From Octopus sinensis (Eukaryota), in NCBI RefSeq assembly GCF_006345805.1, contig NC_043009.1, positions 60,264,001 through 60,328,000 on the forward strand: a stretch of DNA of 64,000 nucleotides. The letters run 5' to 3'. Position 1 is the stretch's first letter. Every line of letters begins with the position of its first letter. Below the pieces are notes generated by a model. That model made no database searches, had not been told where the DNA came from, and saw only the letters and a list, made by a program, of their open reading frames with translations. This document shows positions 12,276 through 26,613 of the stretch, in pieces. Made by a program: the position numbers and the translations under genes.

Positions 12276-12749
12276 TTTTGGCACAAGGGCAGCTTGGGGG
12301 AGGTGGGGATGAGTCGATTACATCGACCCCAGTGTTCAACTGGTACTTTTTCAATCGACCCCCGAAAGGATGAAACGAAAAGTCGACCTCGGGTGTATTT
12401 GAACTCAGAACGTAGCGGCAGATGAAATACTGCTAAGTATTTCGCCCGGCGTGCTACCGATTCTGCAAGCTCACCGCTTCAGTAATCTTTTCTACTCTAG
12501 GCACAAGGCCCGAACTTTGTGGGGATGGGGGCCAGTATATTAGATCGACCCCAGTACGCAACTGGTACTTAATTCATCGACCCCGAAAGGATGAAAGGCA
12601 AAGTCAACCTCGACGGAATTTCAACTCAGAACGTTTCTTATTTCTTTATTGCCCACAAGGGGCTAAACATAGAGGGGACAAACAAGGACAGACAAAGGGA
12701 TTAAGACGATTACATCGACCCCAGTGCCTAACTGGAGTCGATGTTGTTT

Positions 12750-13245
12750 GAAAGGAACTTTACAAAGACATGTTACATTTTGTGTAAGGATTTACATATA
12801 ATTGTGTGAGGAATTACAAAAAGGAAAAGGAACTGCAAACTCTTACATATATATGAATACATGGAAACTTATAGATATACGAATACAAGGGTGATATCGT
12901 CCTTCTGTTAAAGAAAACCCTATACATCCAAGATCACTAGCTATCAAGGGCAAGTGCATTCGCCCAATAGTTACTCTCCGACCTGCAGACGCATGTTGCG
13001 ATTAGATTCATTCGCCTGAGCCATGTTCACCACAATCACCAACTTTTTGATAAATTCACTGATAGATAGTATCTCCTCTTCACTTCCACTTTCCTTTCCA
13101 AATGAAACTAAAAACTTGATTAGGGTTAACAGAAGGAAAAAGTGCTTGTCCTCGATTCTTTCGGTCTCGTCCACCATACAACCTTTTTCGTCGTAGCCAC
13201 CAGACACAGCAAAACTACCTAGTCTTATTAAAGGGGCAGTGAAGC
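12750..13245 (-). mobile_element. L1/Tx1-like LINE 3' remnant
   Basis: Frameshifted LLCLVATTKKVVWWTR...F...KKLV..VNMAQ resembles a Tx1 ORF2 C-terminus, followed by a pyrimidine-rich UTR. Confidence 0.55.
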
Positions 13246-13564
13246 GATGTATACAGTTTTTATGATTAGTTAAGAGTAGATAAGGGCAATTAGAGTTTAA
13301 GGGTTTTCTTTAACTTAAAATATTCAGCTGTATTGTGTTCAGAATAAACGTTGACACCCCCATTGCTTTCACACCACATTAGACATCACCTCACACTTTA
13401 GGGATTCCACCATGCATACGCATATTCACGCTCTGCTTCGCATCATTCTCATATATATACAGCCATCATGCATTACTTTTTACGTGCCCTTTCCAACGAG
13501 GGAGCCTTTTCGTGGTCTCGACCTTTTCACACCTCACAGTCGCAGAAAAGGGACACATTGTAAA

Positions 13565-13787
13565 TACATGGGGGGTGCTGAAAATTTCCTGGCTTTAAGG
13601 GTATCGCGAAAGACCTGGTTGACGGCCCAATCTTCCGAGTTCTTTTACAGGGCTTAAAAAAACTGAAGGACCCCTGCAATGAGTGTGTAAATCTGAGAGA
13701 GGAATATGTTGGATAAAAATCATAACTGACTGATCCTCCTGTGTTTTCTTTTAACTAAGGCCAGGAACCTTTCAGCACTTCTTCGTA
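13565..13787. mobile_element. Mariner-type MITE (second copy ~33503-33728)
   Basis: Degenerate TIRs ...GTGCTGAAAATTTCCTGGC / GCCAGGAACCTTTCAGCAC..., TA ends, ~220 bp, repeated in the window. Confidence 0.75.
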
Positions 13788-14002
13788 ATGTAGACTTGAG
13801 TTCTCTGCGTATAGGAACAAAGCGGGATTGTCACAGCTGGAATGTCATTGATCAAAGGTCTGCTCAATCAGGAACTGATCTGGGATTAAGCAATAATAAT
13901 CTCGATACTCCATAACACAGCCCCATTCAAACACCCACATACATAAACATACCATTTTTCCTCACATACATCAATGCGACCGCAACCAAATCACCACCAT
14001 CA

Positions 14003-14060
<58 letters not shown>

Positions 14061-14337
14061 ACACGCGCGCACATGTATGCACACACACTGCTAAGTTAAT
14101 TAATTTTTCTCGCTTCCACCACCGCTACCACGTGTCACAATACGTATAACTATGTGATGTCATTAAGATTTGATCGTGAAACTATTTCCTCCTCCTACCA
14201 ACCAACACACCGACGCACCACCATTAACCCCTGATACCACCACACCACCACCATCATCACCATCACCACTACCAACGCTACCACCCCCATAATCATTATC
14301 ACCAGGATATATCACAATCAAAACCATCACCACCACT

Positions 14338-14368
<31 letters not shown>

Positions 14369-14795
14369 CCATCACCAGCACCTTCCACCACCATTACCAC
14401 CAGCAGCTGTTAAAAAGGGATGGTCAGAAGTGGAATGCAGAGTTCAACTGGGGCTAAACAATAGCAACCACCACTACACATACTACTATCCAAACCCCAT
14501 CACCGCTACTACTACTATTATTACTACTGCCACGACGACAATCACCACCACCACCAGTACCTCTACTCTTACCACAACTATTATTACTACTACAACTATT
14601 ACTAATACTGCCACGACGATGACCACCACCACCACCACTACCAGTACCTCTACTACTACTGCTATTACCGTCACACTACATCTACTACCACTCCTACCAC
14701 CACTATCATTACTACGACGATGACGACCACCACCACCATCACAACCACCAACACACCACAAATACCATTACTACTACTACTACCGCTACTACTAT

Positions 14796-14839
<44 letters not shown>

Positions 14840-15629
14840 ACACGACGACAATCACCACCACCAGTACCTCTACTCCTACTTATACTACTACTACTACTAC
14901 AAACATCACTATCACCGTCACACTACACCTACTACCACTCCTACCACCACTATCATTACTACTACGATGACGACGACGACCACCATCACAACCACCACCA
15001 CACCACTAATACCATCATTACTACTACTACTTACTCGTATTGTCTAATTGCCATCCACGGGATCAGGTGGTGATTCTTGATTACCTGATTGTCTCCGCAA
15101 ACACGTATGTTTAATGTTTAAACAACTTAATAAATTCCCTTCCACTGATTGTATGTACATTTGCGGTGATTTGTGCTAAACCTATTAAGGGGCAACTCGG
15201 AAACTGGGTCACACATATGGTCAATGATTGAGGGGGTAAGGGACAAAAAAAATAGTATTTGCTACATTATATTTCGTCATTTTCGTTTCATCCCGTACCA
15301 TGTCACTAATATGGCGGCTAATTAAATGATAGACAGTTGTTTAACCCGTGGGTAAACCCCAGATCAAATCCCTGATTAGCCCTGATTAGTCTTTTATTTA
15401 TTTATTTTTTTCATCTTTTAATTCTTTCGGTCGTGCCTTAAAGAATTTTTAGTCGAATGAATCGATCCCAGTGCTTTTTTTTTTCTTTTCTTTTAAGCCT
15501 GATACTTATTCTATCGGTCTCTTTTGCCGAACTGCTACGTTACGGGGACGTAAACACACCAACACCGGTTGTCAAGCAATGAAAGGGGACAAACACAGGC
15601 ACAACCACCGCCCCCCATATATATATATA

Positions 15630-15850
15630 TATATATTATAAAATCCGTTCTGTCTGTCTGTGTGTGTGTCTTCTAGGATCTCGGACATCATCCATCCGAT
15701 TGCGCTCAAATTTGATATGTAGATACCGACGGTATCAGAGCGTGTATAAGTCTTGAAAAACTTACAAAAATCGATTCCACATGAGAATGCGATCGATAAA
15801 GCCGTGGGAACGTGCATTTGTACACGCAAGTACATCAGCTGTTATAATCG
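15630..15850 (+). mobile_element. Probable Helitron/Helentron-like non-autonomous fragment (similar one ~16900-17100)
   Basis: TATA-rich start followed by (CTGT)n, the typical opening of such elements; 3' end not seen. Confidence 0.35.
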
Positions 15851-16201
15851 ATACAACGCGTAAGCGAGAAAAATGCACGTTGTTTTTGTACTGCCTAAAG
15901 GCACGTTTCTTTCCTGCCAAGCTTACTGTTTAAACCATGTTTGTGTTCTCCCAGTCAACAGCCTTATCATTACTGGTTCTTTAAACTCTTCGGTTGCATA
16001 TTTGTGTGAAGAAAATCGTTTTTCATTGGAATAGAAAAAAGTCTATCGTTATTTCTTCTTTTGCTGGTGTCTCAAATTTAGGTTAAATCAGCGTTTCTCA
16101 AAGGGCCTATGGGGCGGTCGGACAAGTTGTTTTGAGAAAATTTGGTTTAAATGTTTGATAACTCAGCACCGTCCATTGAACGGGGTGGGGTGATTTGCTC
16201 G

Positions 16202-16234
<33 letters not shown>

Positions 16235-16252
16235 GTTTGTGTGTGTGTGTGT

Positions 16253-16284
<32 letters not shown>

Positions 16285-16874
16285 CATGCATGTATGTATG
16301 TATTTATGTATGTATATATAATATATTACACCAATGTATCTCGGATAAAATATCCCTGTAAGAGGTTTCAATATTGTCATAGTGATTATATATATATATA
16401 TATACATACATACATACATACATACATACATACATACATACATACATACATACACACACACAAATTCTTAGTTGATAAAGGAAGCGAAAGACGGATTTAC
16501 TACGAATCGTTATTCAGCCCGACAATCATATTAAATCAATCTTCCGTTTCCTTTATCGGCTATAAATTCAACAAGCACTGCGTATTTCCTGACGTAGATT
16601 CAACAAAAAATATATCGTTACTATGGATGACATCAGGCAGCTCACACGGAGAGTGTACTTTAATCGACATACTAATAGACATATACCCAAAGTCCAAGCT
16701 GTTATATATGCAGGCACACACACGCACGAGTAAACTCTTACATGCAAAACAAGGTAAAAGAAGTAGTACTCGAATACCGAGTGTAGAGTCTTGATCACGA
16801 CTATCCGACGAACGAGAACGTGAAATTCTGAATTACAGTTTCCTGTGACGCTTTTGTAGCTTTAATTTAAAAAG

Positions 16875-16912
<38 letters not shown>

Positions 16913-17504
16913 AATGGCAATTTCTGTCTGTCTGGCCGTCTGGCCATTACCATCTTGCTGTCCGAACCAGAGAACCAATCTTCACCAAACTTTGTATACA
17001 TGTCGAACTAACATCTGGTTCAATTACACGCTAATTAGATTTAAATAAAATTCGATAATGGACCGACTACGGGAGTTGGGCTATTACATGCTAAAATGAG
17101 AGGGGTGCAAATGTGTGAGTGTGTGTGTGTGTGTCTTCATACTGACCTCATATGTCATTCCAAGTACTGAAAATTGTATGGCGATGGAAGAATGACGACG
17201 TGTGCAGATTTAGCCAGTTGGAGGCGCGCAATTAGTTACTACTTTCAAGCGGTGCAGAACTGCAATGGGACTGAATAGTCATTTGAGAGGTCACAGATGG
17301 AAAATCAGAAATGCAATTGACAACAATGAAGCAAAAGGAGACAGCAATCATCTGCGAGGATGGATCAATCCCCACGTATGTGTGCGGGGGTGCGTGTGTG
17401 TGTGCACGTATGTTCGTGCGTGTGTTTGTGCACGTTTGTTCGTGCGTGAGTATCTTGGTCATGACTTTAAACCACATTTAAACCACATGAGGTCTATCCT
17501 AACG

Positions 17505-17780
17505 TGGATTAGTAGCACCTGTCGGGGACCCAGTTATAGGAGAAACTCCAAGCACAAAACCTCACTGCCTTGTGAATACCTTCGGGAAGGAAAAGGCTAG
17601 GGGAGTGAACCTTGACAGCAAATGAAGAAGTGGAGTCCCTCGGGTGATCTAGTTCCCTCTTTGACACCTTTCCAGCAACTCCAAGGTAGGTGGAGCTCTC
17701 CAGCCCCATAAAGCAATTTACTGTGGAGAACAGCTTGCTGGTCCCCGAGGCCATCTCAGCCCCCTAGGCTATTGTGGTAA
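17505..17780 (+). mobile_element. GC-richer repeat fragment, possibly an RTE 5' UTR
   Basis: Compositional island (cctgtcggggacccagttataggagaaactcc...) with no ORF support. Confidence 0.3.
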
Positions 17781-18142
17781 GAACTCCAAGTTTAATAAAC
17801 GTGGATAGAATTTTGCAGACTTACTTTCACTTTAAAACTACTAAGCAGGAAGAAAGCCCTCCCCTTGATTTCTTGTTTTATTTACAAAATTTTATTGTGA
17901 ATTTCCGAGAACTTCCGTGTTTTCATCTCAAGTGGAGACGACCACCATTCCTCCATGTAATCGACTTAAAAATTTAAGACATTAACATATTTTCTTGGAA
18001 TGAAATCAATGGTAGCCTTAAAACACAAATAAAGAAATTTTATCCACCAGTGCGGTATTGAGCACTCATTCGCATTGTTTGACATTTACACATACATATA
18101 CACACACCCACACGGACACGGACACACACACACATACACACC

Positions 18143-18173
<31 letters not shown>

Positions 18174-18759
18174 ATAGGGAGAGTTTACGAAAAAAACAAA
18201 AGACGAAGACAGGTGGTGTACAAAACAAACAGATGTATTAGTATAACGCTCAGGAATAGAAAAAGTCTTTCACGTTTCGAGCCTATGCTCTTCTACAGAA
18301 AGGGACACCGAATAGACAAGGAGAGAAACAAGGAGAGAAACAAAGAAGAGAAAACAATGTGTGCAGAGGCTAACGATCTATCATGGCGACTATCATGGCA
18401 TATATATATATGCATATCAGTAACAGAGCAAAAAGAAAGTAGCAAGGAGGGGGGAAAATCATCCTTACAAATTCTGGTCAAGAGAGTCAGGGGAGAGAAT
18501 TCAGAATTTAAATTAATTTAATATGAAATTAACCGTCAATTCTACGGGGAACGAGTTTGATCTTTGGCAGTATGTATCAACTCTGGATTTACTTGAGCTT
18601 GTCACTGTTTGTGTGATCAAGGAAGCTTCTACATTGTAACTCGACCTGCTACATATAGCAGCTGAATTTCCTAGCGTCTTAAAAAAAAAGATAATAAAAA
18701 ATAACAGAGAAATGATAACTTAGACAATGGAGTCTGAAATGTAAGAGGTGATAGGGGTG

Positions 18760-18929
18760 ATGGTGATGGTAGTGATGGTGAGGTTGTGATGGTGATAGTT
18801 GTGAGGGTGCTGGTATTAGTAACGGTGGTCGTCATAGTGATAGTGATCATGATGATGGTGATAATGATAATGATGATGTTGATGATAGTGTCGGCATCGG
18901 TGATAGTGATATGATGAAGATGAAGACGG

Positions 18930-18960
<31 letters not shown>

Positions 18961-18983
18961 GATGAAGACGGTGATGAAGACGG

Positions 18984-19025
<42 letters not shown>

Positions 19026-19620
19026 CGGAGATGATGAGGGCGATGACGATGATGACGATGATGATGATGACGATGATGATGATGACGACGATGATGATGA
19101 TGACGATGATGACGATGATGATGATGATGATGATGACGATGAGGAGGAGGAGGAGGACGATGATGATGATGACGATGATGATCATGATCATGATGATCAT
19201 GATGATGACGGAGATGATGAGGACGATGATGATGATGACAATGATGATGATGACGATGATGATGATGATGACGACGACGATGATGACGATGATGATGATG
19301 ACGACGATAATGATGATGACGATGATGATGACGATGATGATGATGATGATAGTGGTGGTGATGATGATGATGATGATGATAAGGAGGAGGTGGAGTAGGA
19401 GGAAGAGGAGTAGGAGGAGGTGGAGGAGGAGGCGGAGGAGAATGGTGGTGGTGGTGGTGGTGGTGGCAAAAGTGGTATTGGTAATGTTGGGGTTAATGAT
19501 GTTAGTGGTGATTGTGGTAGTAGTACAGCTGTTGGTGGTGGTGGTGGTGGTGGTGGTGGTGGTGGTGGTTTTGGTACTACTGGTCGGACGTAGGGGTAAT
19601 TGCTGTAGCGGAAGTGTTAA
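18760..19620. repeat. Compound trinucleotide tract (GAT/GAC)n-(GAG)n-(GGT)n
   Basis: Direct inspection; similar tracts at 11460-11935, 14200-15050 and 54115-54330. Confidence 0.95.
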
Positions 19621-20344
19621 TGATCACGATTATTATTATGATTCGCAATCGGTAAATGGTATTTTTTTAAAATTCTTCTTTCATTGTCAATATTTGAAAA
19701 TACAATAATTTCTAAATTTTTTTTTTTTTTTAAATAATCTAAATTCAGTTTCCCATTACCATCCAGTTTCAAAATGTGTTCTGTTTTATCTCTATTATTA
19801 ATGATTTCATTATTCCATTATTCATGATTCCTTTATGATTCCATTATCCTATGATTCCTTATAATTCTTCTATGCCTTTATTCCATTCTTCCGTCAATAT
19901 TCTATTGTATTAATTTTTGTTTGTTTCAATATTCTTGTTAGTGCGCTTGTAATGTTATTGGTATAATAAATACGGTTTGAAGAGAAAGGTATTGTTCCTC
20001 TCAAGCACTGTATTGGTGCTGCCGTTGCTACTGCTGCTACTGACGCTGTTGCTGCTGTTGCTGTTGCTGTTGCAGACGCTGCTGCTGCTGCTATTCTATG
20101 CTGCTGTTTCCATTGTTGTTGCTATCGATGCTAAGCAATCTAAACCGCTTCCCAAAAACTCGAACGTTAAATGTATTAACATATTTTGAAGTTTTCGTCA
20201 GGAGCACTTTCACTTTCGAGGCATGGCTATGTGATTAAGAAGCTCACTTTGCAACCGCGTGGTTTCAGGTTCCGTTCCACTGCGCGGCACCTTTGGCAAG
20301 TGTCTTCTATTATTATAGTTCCGGACTGACCAGTGCCTTGTGAG

Positions 20345-20665
20345 TGAATTTGTCAGGTTCCACATGACGGGTTCCACATGACGGGTTACAACATGACGGG
20401 TTCCACACGACGGGTTCCACGCGATGGGTTCCACATGACGGGTTCAACACGACGGGTTCCACATGACGAGTTCCACACGACGGGTTCCACACGACGGGTT
20501 CCACACGACGGGTTCCACATGACGGGTTCCACACGAGGAATTCCACATGACGGGTTCCAACACAACGGGTTCCAACACGACGAGTTCCTCACGACGAGTT
20601 TCACACAACGAGTTCCACGGGTTCCACATGACGGGTTCCACATGTTCCACACGACGGGTTCCAGA
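20345..20665. repeat. 14-15 bp minisatellite (ACACGACGGGTTCC)n inside a SINE-B copy
   Basis: About 20 tandem units between the SINE head (20215-20345) and the SINE body (20670-20910). Confidence 0.9.
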
Positions 20666-21621
20666 CATAAACTGCTTGGAACCCGTCGTAAAAATATGTG
20701 TTTGTCCCTCACCATCGCTTGACATTCACTTATGGTTTGTTTACGTTCCTGTAACTTATCGGTTCAGCAAAAGAAATCGATTGAATAGAATAAGTGTCAG
20801 ACAGACTTTTGAAAAATAAGAATAGCACGGTGGTCGGTATGTTCAACTAAACCCTTCAAGGCGGTGCTCTCGCAAGGCCGCAATCCAATGATTAAAACAA
20901 ACAAAAGGTAAACGAAGGAAAAACTGGACATGACCAAAATACACTGGCGGCGAACTGGCAGAAACGTTAGCACGCTGGGCGAAATGCTCAGCAGTATTTC
21001 GTTTGTCGCTACGTTCTGAGTTCAAATTCCGCCGAGGTCGACTTTGCCTTTCATCCTTTCCTGGGTCGATAAATTAAGTACCAGTTACTCACTGGGGTCG
21101 ATGCAATCGACTTAATCCGTTTGTCTGTCCTTGTTTGTCCCCTCTGCGTTTAACCCCTTGTGGGTAATTAAATAAATAGGTATTTCGTCTGTCTTTACGT
21201 TCTGAGTTCAAATTCCGCCGAGGTCGACTTTGCCTTTCATCCTTTGCTGGGTCGATAAATTAAGTACCAGTTACTCACTGGGGTCGATGCAATCGAGTTA
21301 ATCAGTTTGACTGTCCTTGTTTGTCCTCTCTATGTTTTAGCCCCTTGTGGGTAGTAAAGAAATAAATACGTTGAGCTGGAGGAGGAGGAGAGGGTAAAGT
21401 ACAAAATAGCTGAGAGTCTATGAAGCAGAGGATTCTTCGTTGAGCTGTTTTCTAGCCGTAACCATCCAAAATGATTTTCACGGGATCTTTGAATTGCAAC
21501 GAAGAAGAATAACGCAAAAAAGAAAAGAACATCTGAAATGAGAAGATAACTCTTAGGTAACTCGTAGATTTTGGTAGCGAGTTTGGTAGTGTTTTATTTA
21601 ACAGTATCCGTTATGGTTAGA

Positions 21622-21654
<33 letters not shown>

Positions 21655-21779
21655 CACACAGAATTTAGAGATGGGTTTTATGAGCGACGACGAAGTAGTA
21701 TTTTTTATAATATGCACAAAAAGTTAGACCAGTATTTGGACTAATGTAACTGATGTCGCTTTTTTTGCTAAATGGGCAT

Positions 21780-22695
21780 GCATAGAAATATGAATTTTAA
21801 CTACGCACACACACACACGCACGCACACACACACACGCGCGCACACACACACAGCACACACACATACACATACACACACACACATTATATTGTATTGTAT
21901 AATTATTTTATCAGTAAACGTATGTATATATACTATGTATGTATATATATATATATATATACTATATACGTATGTGTGTATGTATGCATATATCTCACAT
22001 ATATATTATATTGTATATATTAAGAGTATGTATATATACTCTTAATATATATACACACACATATATATATATATGTATGTATGTATATACATATACATAT
22101 GTGTATGTATATATACATGTATGTATAAATGCATATACATGTGTGTATGTATGTGTGTATGTATATATCCATTTATGAATGCATGCATGTATGTATGTAT
22201 GTATGTATACATGTATGTATGTATGTATACATGTATGTATGCATGTATGTATGTATACATGTATGTATGTATGTATGTATGTATGCATGTATGTATGCAT
22301 GTATGTATGTATGTATGTATGTATGTATGTATGTATGTATGCATGTATGTATGCATGTATGTATGTATGCATGTATGTATGTATGTATGCATGCATGTAT
22401 GTATGTATGTATGTATGTATGTATGTATGTATGTATGTATGTATGTATGTATGTATGCATGTATGTATGCATGTATGCATGTATGTATGCATGTATGCAT
22501 GCATGTATGTATGTATGTATGTATGTATGTATGTATGTATGTATGCATGTATGTATGCATGTATGTATGTATGCATGTATCTATGTATGTATGTATGTAT
22601 GTATGTATGTATGTATGTATGTATGTATGCATGTATGCATGTATGTATGCATGTATGTATGCATGTATGTATGCATGTGTGTATGTATGTATGAA
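21780..22695. repeat. (CA)n/(TA)n/(TATG)n microsatellite block
   Basis: Direct inspection; comparable blocks at 700-2450, 4230-4650, 31450-31850, 35100-35550, 37165-37630, 43860-44450 and 61608-61867. Confidence 0.95.
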
Positions 22696-23464
22696 GATTT
22701 TAATCAATAAATTACATCAATAACTCAATGATGACACTTTGAATGTTTTTTTATAATTGTTTACGTATCGTTTCTCTGTTTGTTTATTTTTATATTCTTT
22801 ATTACGCTTCTTCTTATCGTGTTTTATATTTTCTCATTATTTTCGTAACGTTTTTTTTATTTATTACTTTTAACATTTTTTAAGTACTTCTTATGATTAT
22901 GTATTTATATTTGTTGGCTGTGTAGTTAAGACACACGTTTTGAAATCACATGATTTGTGGTTCAGTCCCACTGCACGGTACTTTGAGCAAATGTCTTCTA
23001 CTGTAAACCTTAGGGCGACTAATATCTTGTGAATGATTACGTTCGACAGAAACTGTGAGGAAGCCTGTTACATGTGTGTGTGTGTGTGTGTGTTTGCTCC
23101 TTCTTCCACCGCTTGAAAACCGGTGTTGGTTCATTTGCATTCCCATAATTCAGCGATTCTGCAAAACGAATCCGATAAAATAAATACCAGGCTTGGTATT
23201 TATTTTATTTATAAAATTTCTGTATTTATTTTATTTATAAAATTTCTGTATTCATTTTACTCTTTTACTTGTTTCAGTCATTTGACTGTGGCCATGCTGG
23301 AGCACCGCCTTTAGTTGATCGAGCAAATCGACCCCAGGACTTATTCTTTCTAAGCCTAGTACTTATTCTATCATTCTCTTTTGCGGAACCGCTAAGTTAC
23401 GGCGACGTAAACACACCAGCATCGGTTGTCAAGCGATGTTGGGGGGAACAAACACAGACACAAA

Positions 23465-23563
<99 letters not shown>

Positions 23564-23986
23564 TACGACGGGCTTCTTTCAGTTTCCGTCTACCAAATCC
23601 ACTCACAAGGCTTTGGTCAGCCCGAGGCTATAGTAGAAGACACTTGCCCAAGGTGCCACGCAGTGGGACTGAACCCGGAACCATGTTGTTGGTAAGCAAG
23701 CTACTTACCACACAGCCACCCCAGTACTGGGGTCGATTTACACGACTAGACCCTTCAAGGCGGTGCCCCAGCACAGCCGCAGTTCAATGACTAAAACACG
23801 TAAAAGATAATTAATAAAAAGTCTGTTTACACCTGCGTTACTTAACATTCTTATAAATATTTATATACCTTTAATAAAATTATTTGTTTAGTGTTTTTCT
23901 CTATCTTCATTCAATTAAGTAACTGTTTACTAAAGGTTTTTGTTCTATCTACTTTGTTGTCTATGTTTGCGTATAAAACATTAATA

Positions 23987-24553
23987 TTGGGCTGTCCGGA
24001 AAGTTCGTGCCGATTTTTAAAGGAAAGAAAAATGTCAATAAATACTTGCCATTACATTTTTAATCAACCAAATATGAACCTTTTTCTTGCACAATGCGTC
24101 TCCATCTTTCCTTTAACTTGAAAATACCCTCTTCCCAGAATTGAGGTGGTTTCATGGCAAAGAATTCATCAAGGCATCTTTTTACGTCATCCAAGGAATT
24201 GAAATTTTTACCATTAAGTCTATTCTGCAGAGACCTCAATAAGTGGAAATCCGAAGGAGCAATATCTGGTGAATATGGAGGGTGGGGGTAACACATCCCA
24301 GCCGAGCTGCAGCAATTTTTGTCTGGTTCCCAAAGCATCAAGTGCCGAAAATGAAATTTCTTATCTTCCATTTTAAAGGGTTGCAGAATTAACACAGATA
24401 ATAGGAACATAAATCTTCTTCCACGAAAAGATAGCTTAAACTGTGCTCTAAATAGAGGTGTAGTCAAATCCTATTTTATGGACCCAACCACGTTCTAAAA
24501 TAAGTCGAAAGGTAAGCTACTATAAATCGGCACGAACTTTCTGGATAACCCAA
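23987..24553 (-). mobile_element. Internally deleted mariner transposon with transposase C-terminus
   Basis: TIRs TTGGGCTGTCCGGAAAGTTCGTGCCGATTT / AAATCGGCACGAACTTTCTGGATAACCCAA, TA target sites, and the mariner motif HPPYSPDIAPSDFHL...WRRIV. Confidence 0.93.
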
Positions 24554-24758
24554 TAAAACGTGGAATACAAGAGAAAATGGCGGCCTGTATCGGCAAAATA
24601 AATATGCAGTGTTGCTCATGCTTTAAGATAATCACAAGTCATTGGTCGGCGATCCGTGGCCGAAGTAGAAGAACCTTACCCAAGATAAACACTGCAGTGA
24701 GAACTGAACCCAATACCATGTGGTTCAAAGAGAAGATTCTTAACACATGGGCGCGCGT

Positions 24759-24795
<37 letters not shown>

Positions 24796-26362
24796 ATGCC
24801 GAGTGATTCATTCACTTTTTGAAAAAAGTAGAACAGGTGTTGCTTTGAAACATTTTCTGGGAGGTAGGGTTGTTTTTTTTGTTTGCTTGCTTGTTTGTTT
24901 TATAGAATAAGTACTAGGCTTTCAAAGAATAAGTCCCGGGGTCGATTTCCTCGACTAAAGGCGGTGCTCCAGCATGGCCGCTGTCAAATGACTGAAACAA
25001 GTAAAAGAGCAAAAGAGTAAAAATAATATTTTCTGCTATAGGTACGAGACCTGAAATTTTGAGGAGGTGGGGTCTAGTCTATATACATTGACCCCCGGCT
25101 GTGTTCAACTGGTCTTTGTTTCATCGACCCAGAGAGAATAAAAGGTAAAGTTGATTTTGGCGGAATTTCTACTCAGAACATAAAGACGGACGAAAGCTAC
25201 TAAGCATTTTGTCCGGCATGCTAACGATTCTTATTTCTTTACTGCCCACAAGGGGCTATTTCTGGAGCAACGTGAAATGAATTGTTTTGCTCAAGAACAC
25301 AACGCGTCACCCGGTCCAGAAATCGAAACCACAATCTTACGTTCATGAGTCCAACACCCTAACCACTAAGCCACGCGCCTCCACCATATAATGTAAAGTC
25401 GACCTCGGCGGAATTTGAACTCAGAACGTAAAGAGGGATGAAAGACGCCCTGCATGCTAACGATTCTGCCAGCCTACCAATAATAAGAATAACCCTTTCT
25501 TATTTTGGCAGGCCAGCAACTTTGAGGGGTGGGGAAGTCGATTACATCGAACCCAGTGCGTCCCTGGTATTCATTTTATTGACCCCGAAAGGATGAAAGG
25601 CAAAGTCGACCTCGGCGGAATTTGAACTCAGAATATAAAGTCGGGTGAAATGCCGCTAAGCATTTTATCCGGTGTGCTAAGCTCGCCAATAATAATAATT
25701 ATTGTTACATTTGCGTAGGCTTTTTACATGTTATATTATTTACCTAATTTCACAAGAGTCATTCTTCTTTCAAACAAAGGACCAAATACGCCTATCGAAC
25801 TCAACCTGGCCGCTTATGTTGTAATTCTGAAACCCTGGAACTGGGTGTGGGTGGTACCCTGTGGTGAGGTAGCGTTACACGATAGCAACAACCACAAGAC
25901 ACAAAGGATAAATATTTTAAAAAAATTATTTGTGATATTCAATACATTCGTACGTTCCACCACATGGATTACCGGTGGAACATTGCCATCAAAAATACCA
26001 CTAAATGCAATCACAATAGGTCTGACTGTTGTTTACGACAGAAGGCAAAATTTGTGCGTTGTCCAACGGATATGAGTATTTCATTGAAAATCAATGAAAA
26101 AAAATGAGAACATTTATTGATAAATGTTGCTTTACCAAGATTATAAATTTACACTTATACCTATAATAATGAGCTAACTCTAAAGGCGGCGAGCTGGCAG
26201 AATCGTTACCGCGCCGGCAAAGATACATAACAGCATTTCGTTCGTCTTCACGTTCAAATTACGTCAACGTTGTCTTTGCCTTTTGGAATCGCCGGCCTGG
26301 CTTGACAAAATTTCTTACTGGTGCAATAGTTTACATTATAGTATCACCTTAACCCTTCGTGG

Positions 26363-26609
26363 TGGAGGCGTGTGGTTTAGTGGTTAGGGTGTCAGCATCA
26401 TGATCGTAAGATTGTGGTTTCGATTCCTGAACCGAGCGACGCGTTGTGTTCTTGAGCAAAACACTTCATTTCACGTTGCTCCAGTCCACTCAGCTGGCAA
26501 AAATGAGTACCGCTGCGATGGACTGGCGTCCCGTCCAACTGAGGAACACATACGCCATAGAAACCGGGCTCATGAGCCTAGCTAGGCTTTAAAAGGGCGC
26601 ATTTTATTT
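26363..26609 (+). mobile_element. SINE family C, tRNA-derived (also ~59711-59962; variants 37915-38298, 51490-51823 minus, 25258-25385 minus)
   Basis: tggaggcg.gtgg.ttagtggttagg...ttcgattcc head; 14-bp TSD TTAACCCTTCGTGG. Confidence 0.9.
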
Positions 26610-26613
26610 TTAA

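Noticed and set aside
12971-13207. 78-aa ORF MSGGYDEKG... as a host exon
   Set aside because: Chimeric reading of a frameshifted L1/Tx1-like remnant.
18847-19708. 265-aa poly-Met/Thr ORF and overlapping poly-Ile/Ser ORFs
   Set aside because: Compound (GAT/GAC)n tract; no unique coding sequence or exon boundaries.
20345-20665. Possible CRISPR-like array (also considered for 39374-40517 and 9730-10660)
   Set aside because: Units are directly tandem with no unique spacers, there are no cas genes, and the context is eukaryotic.
25728-26075. 115-aa plus ORF and a hydrophobic minus ORF in unique sequence
   Set aside because: No recognisable motif, no ATG before the signal-like stretch, and no convincing splice pair.
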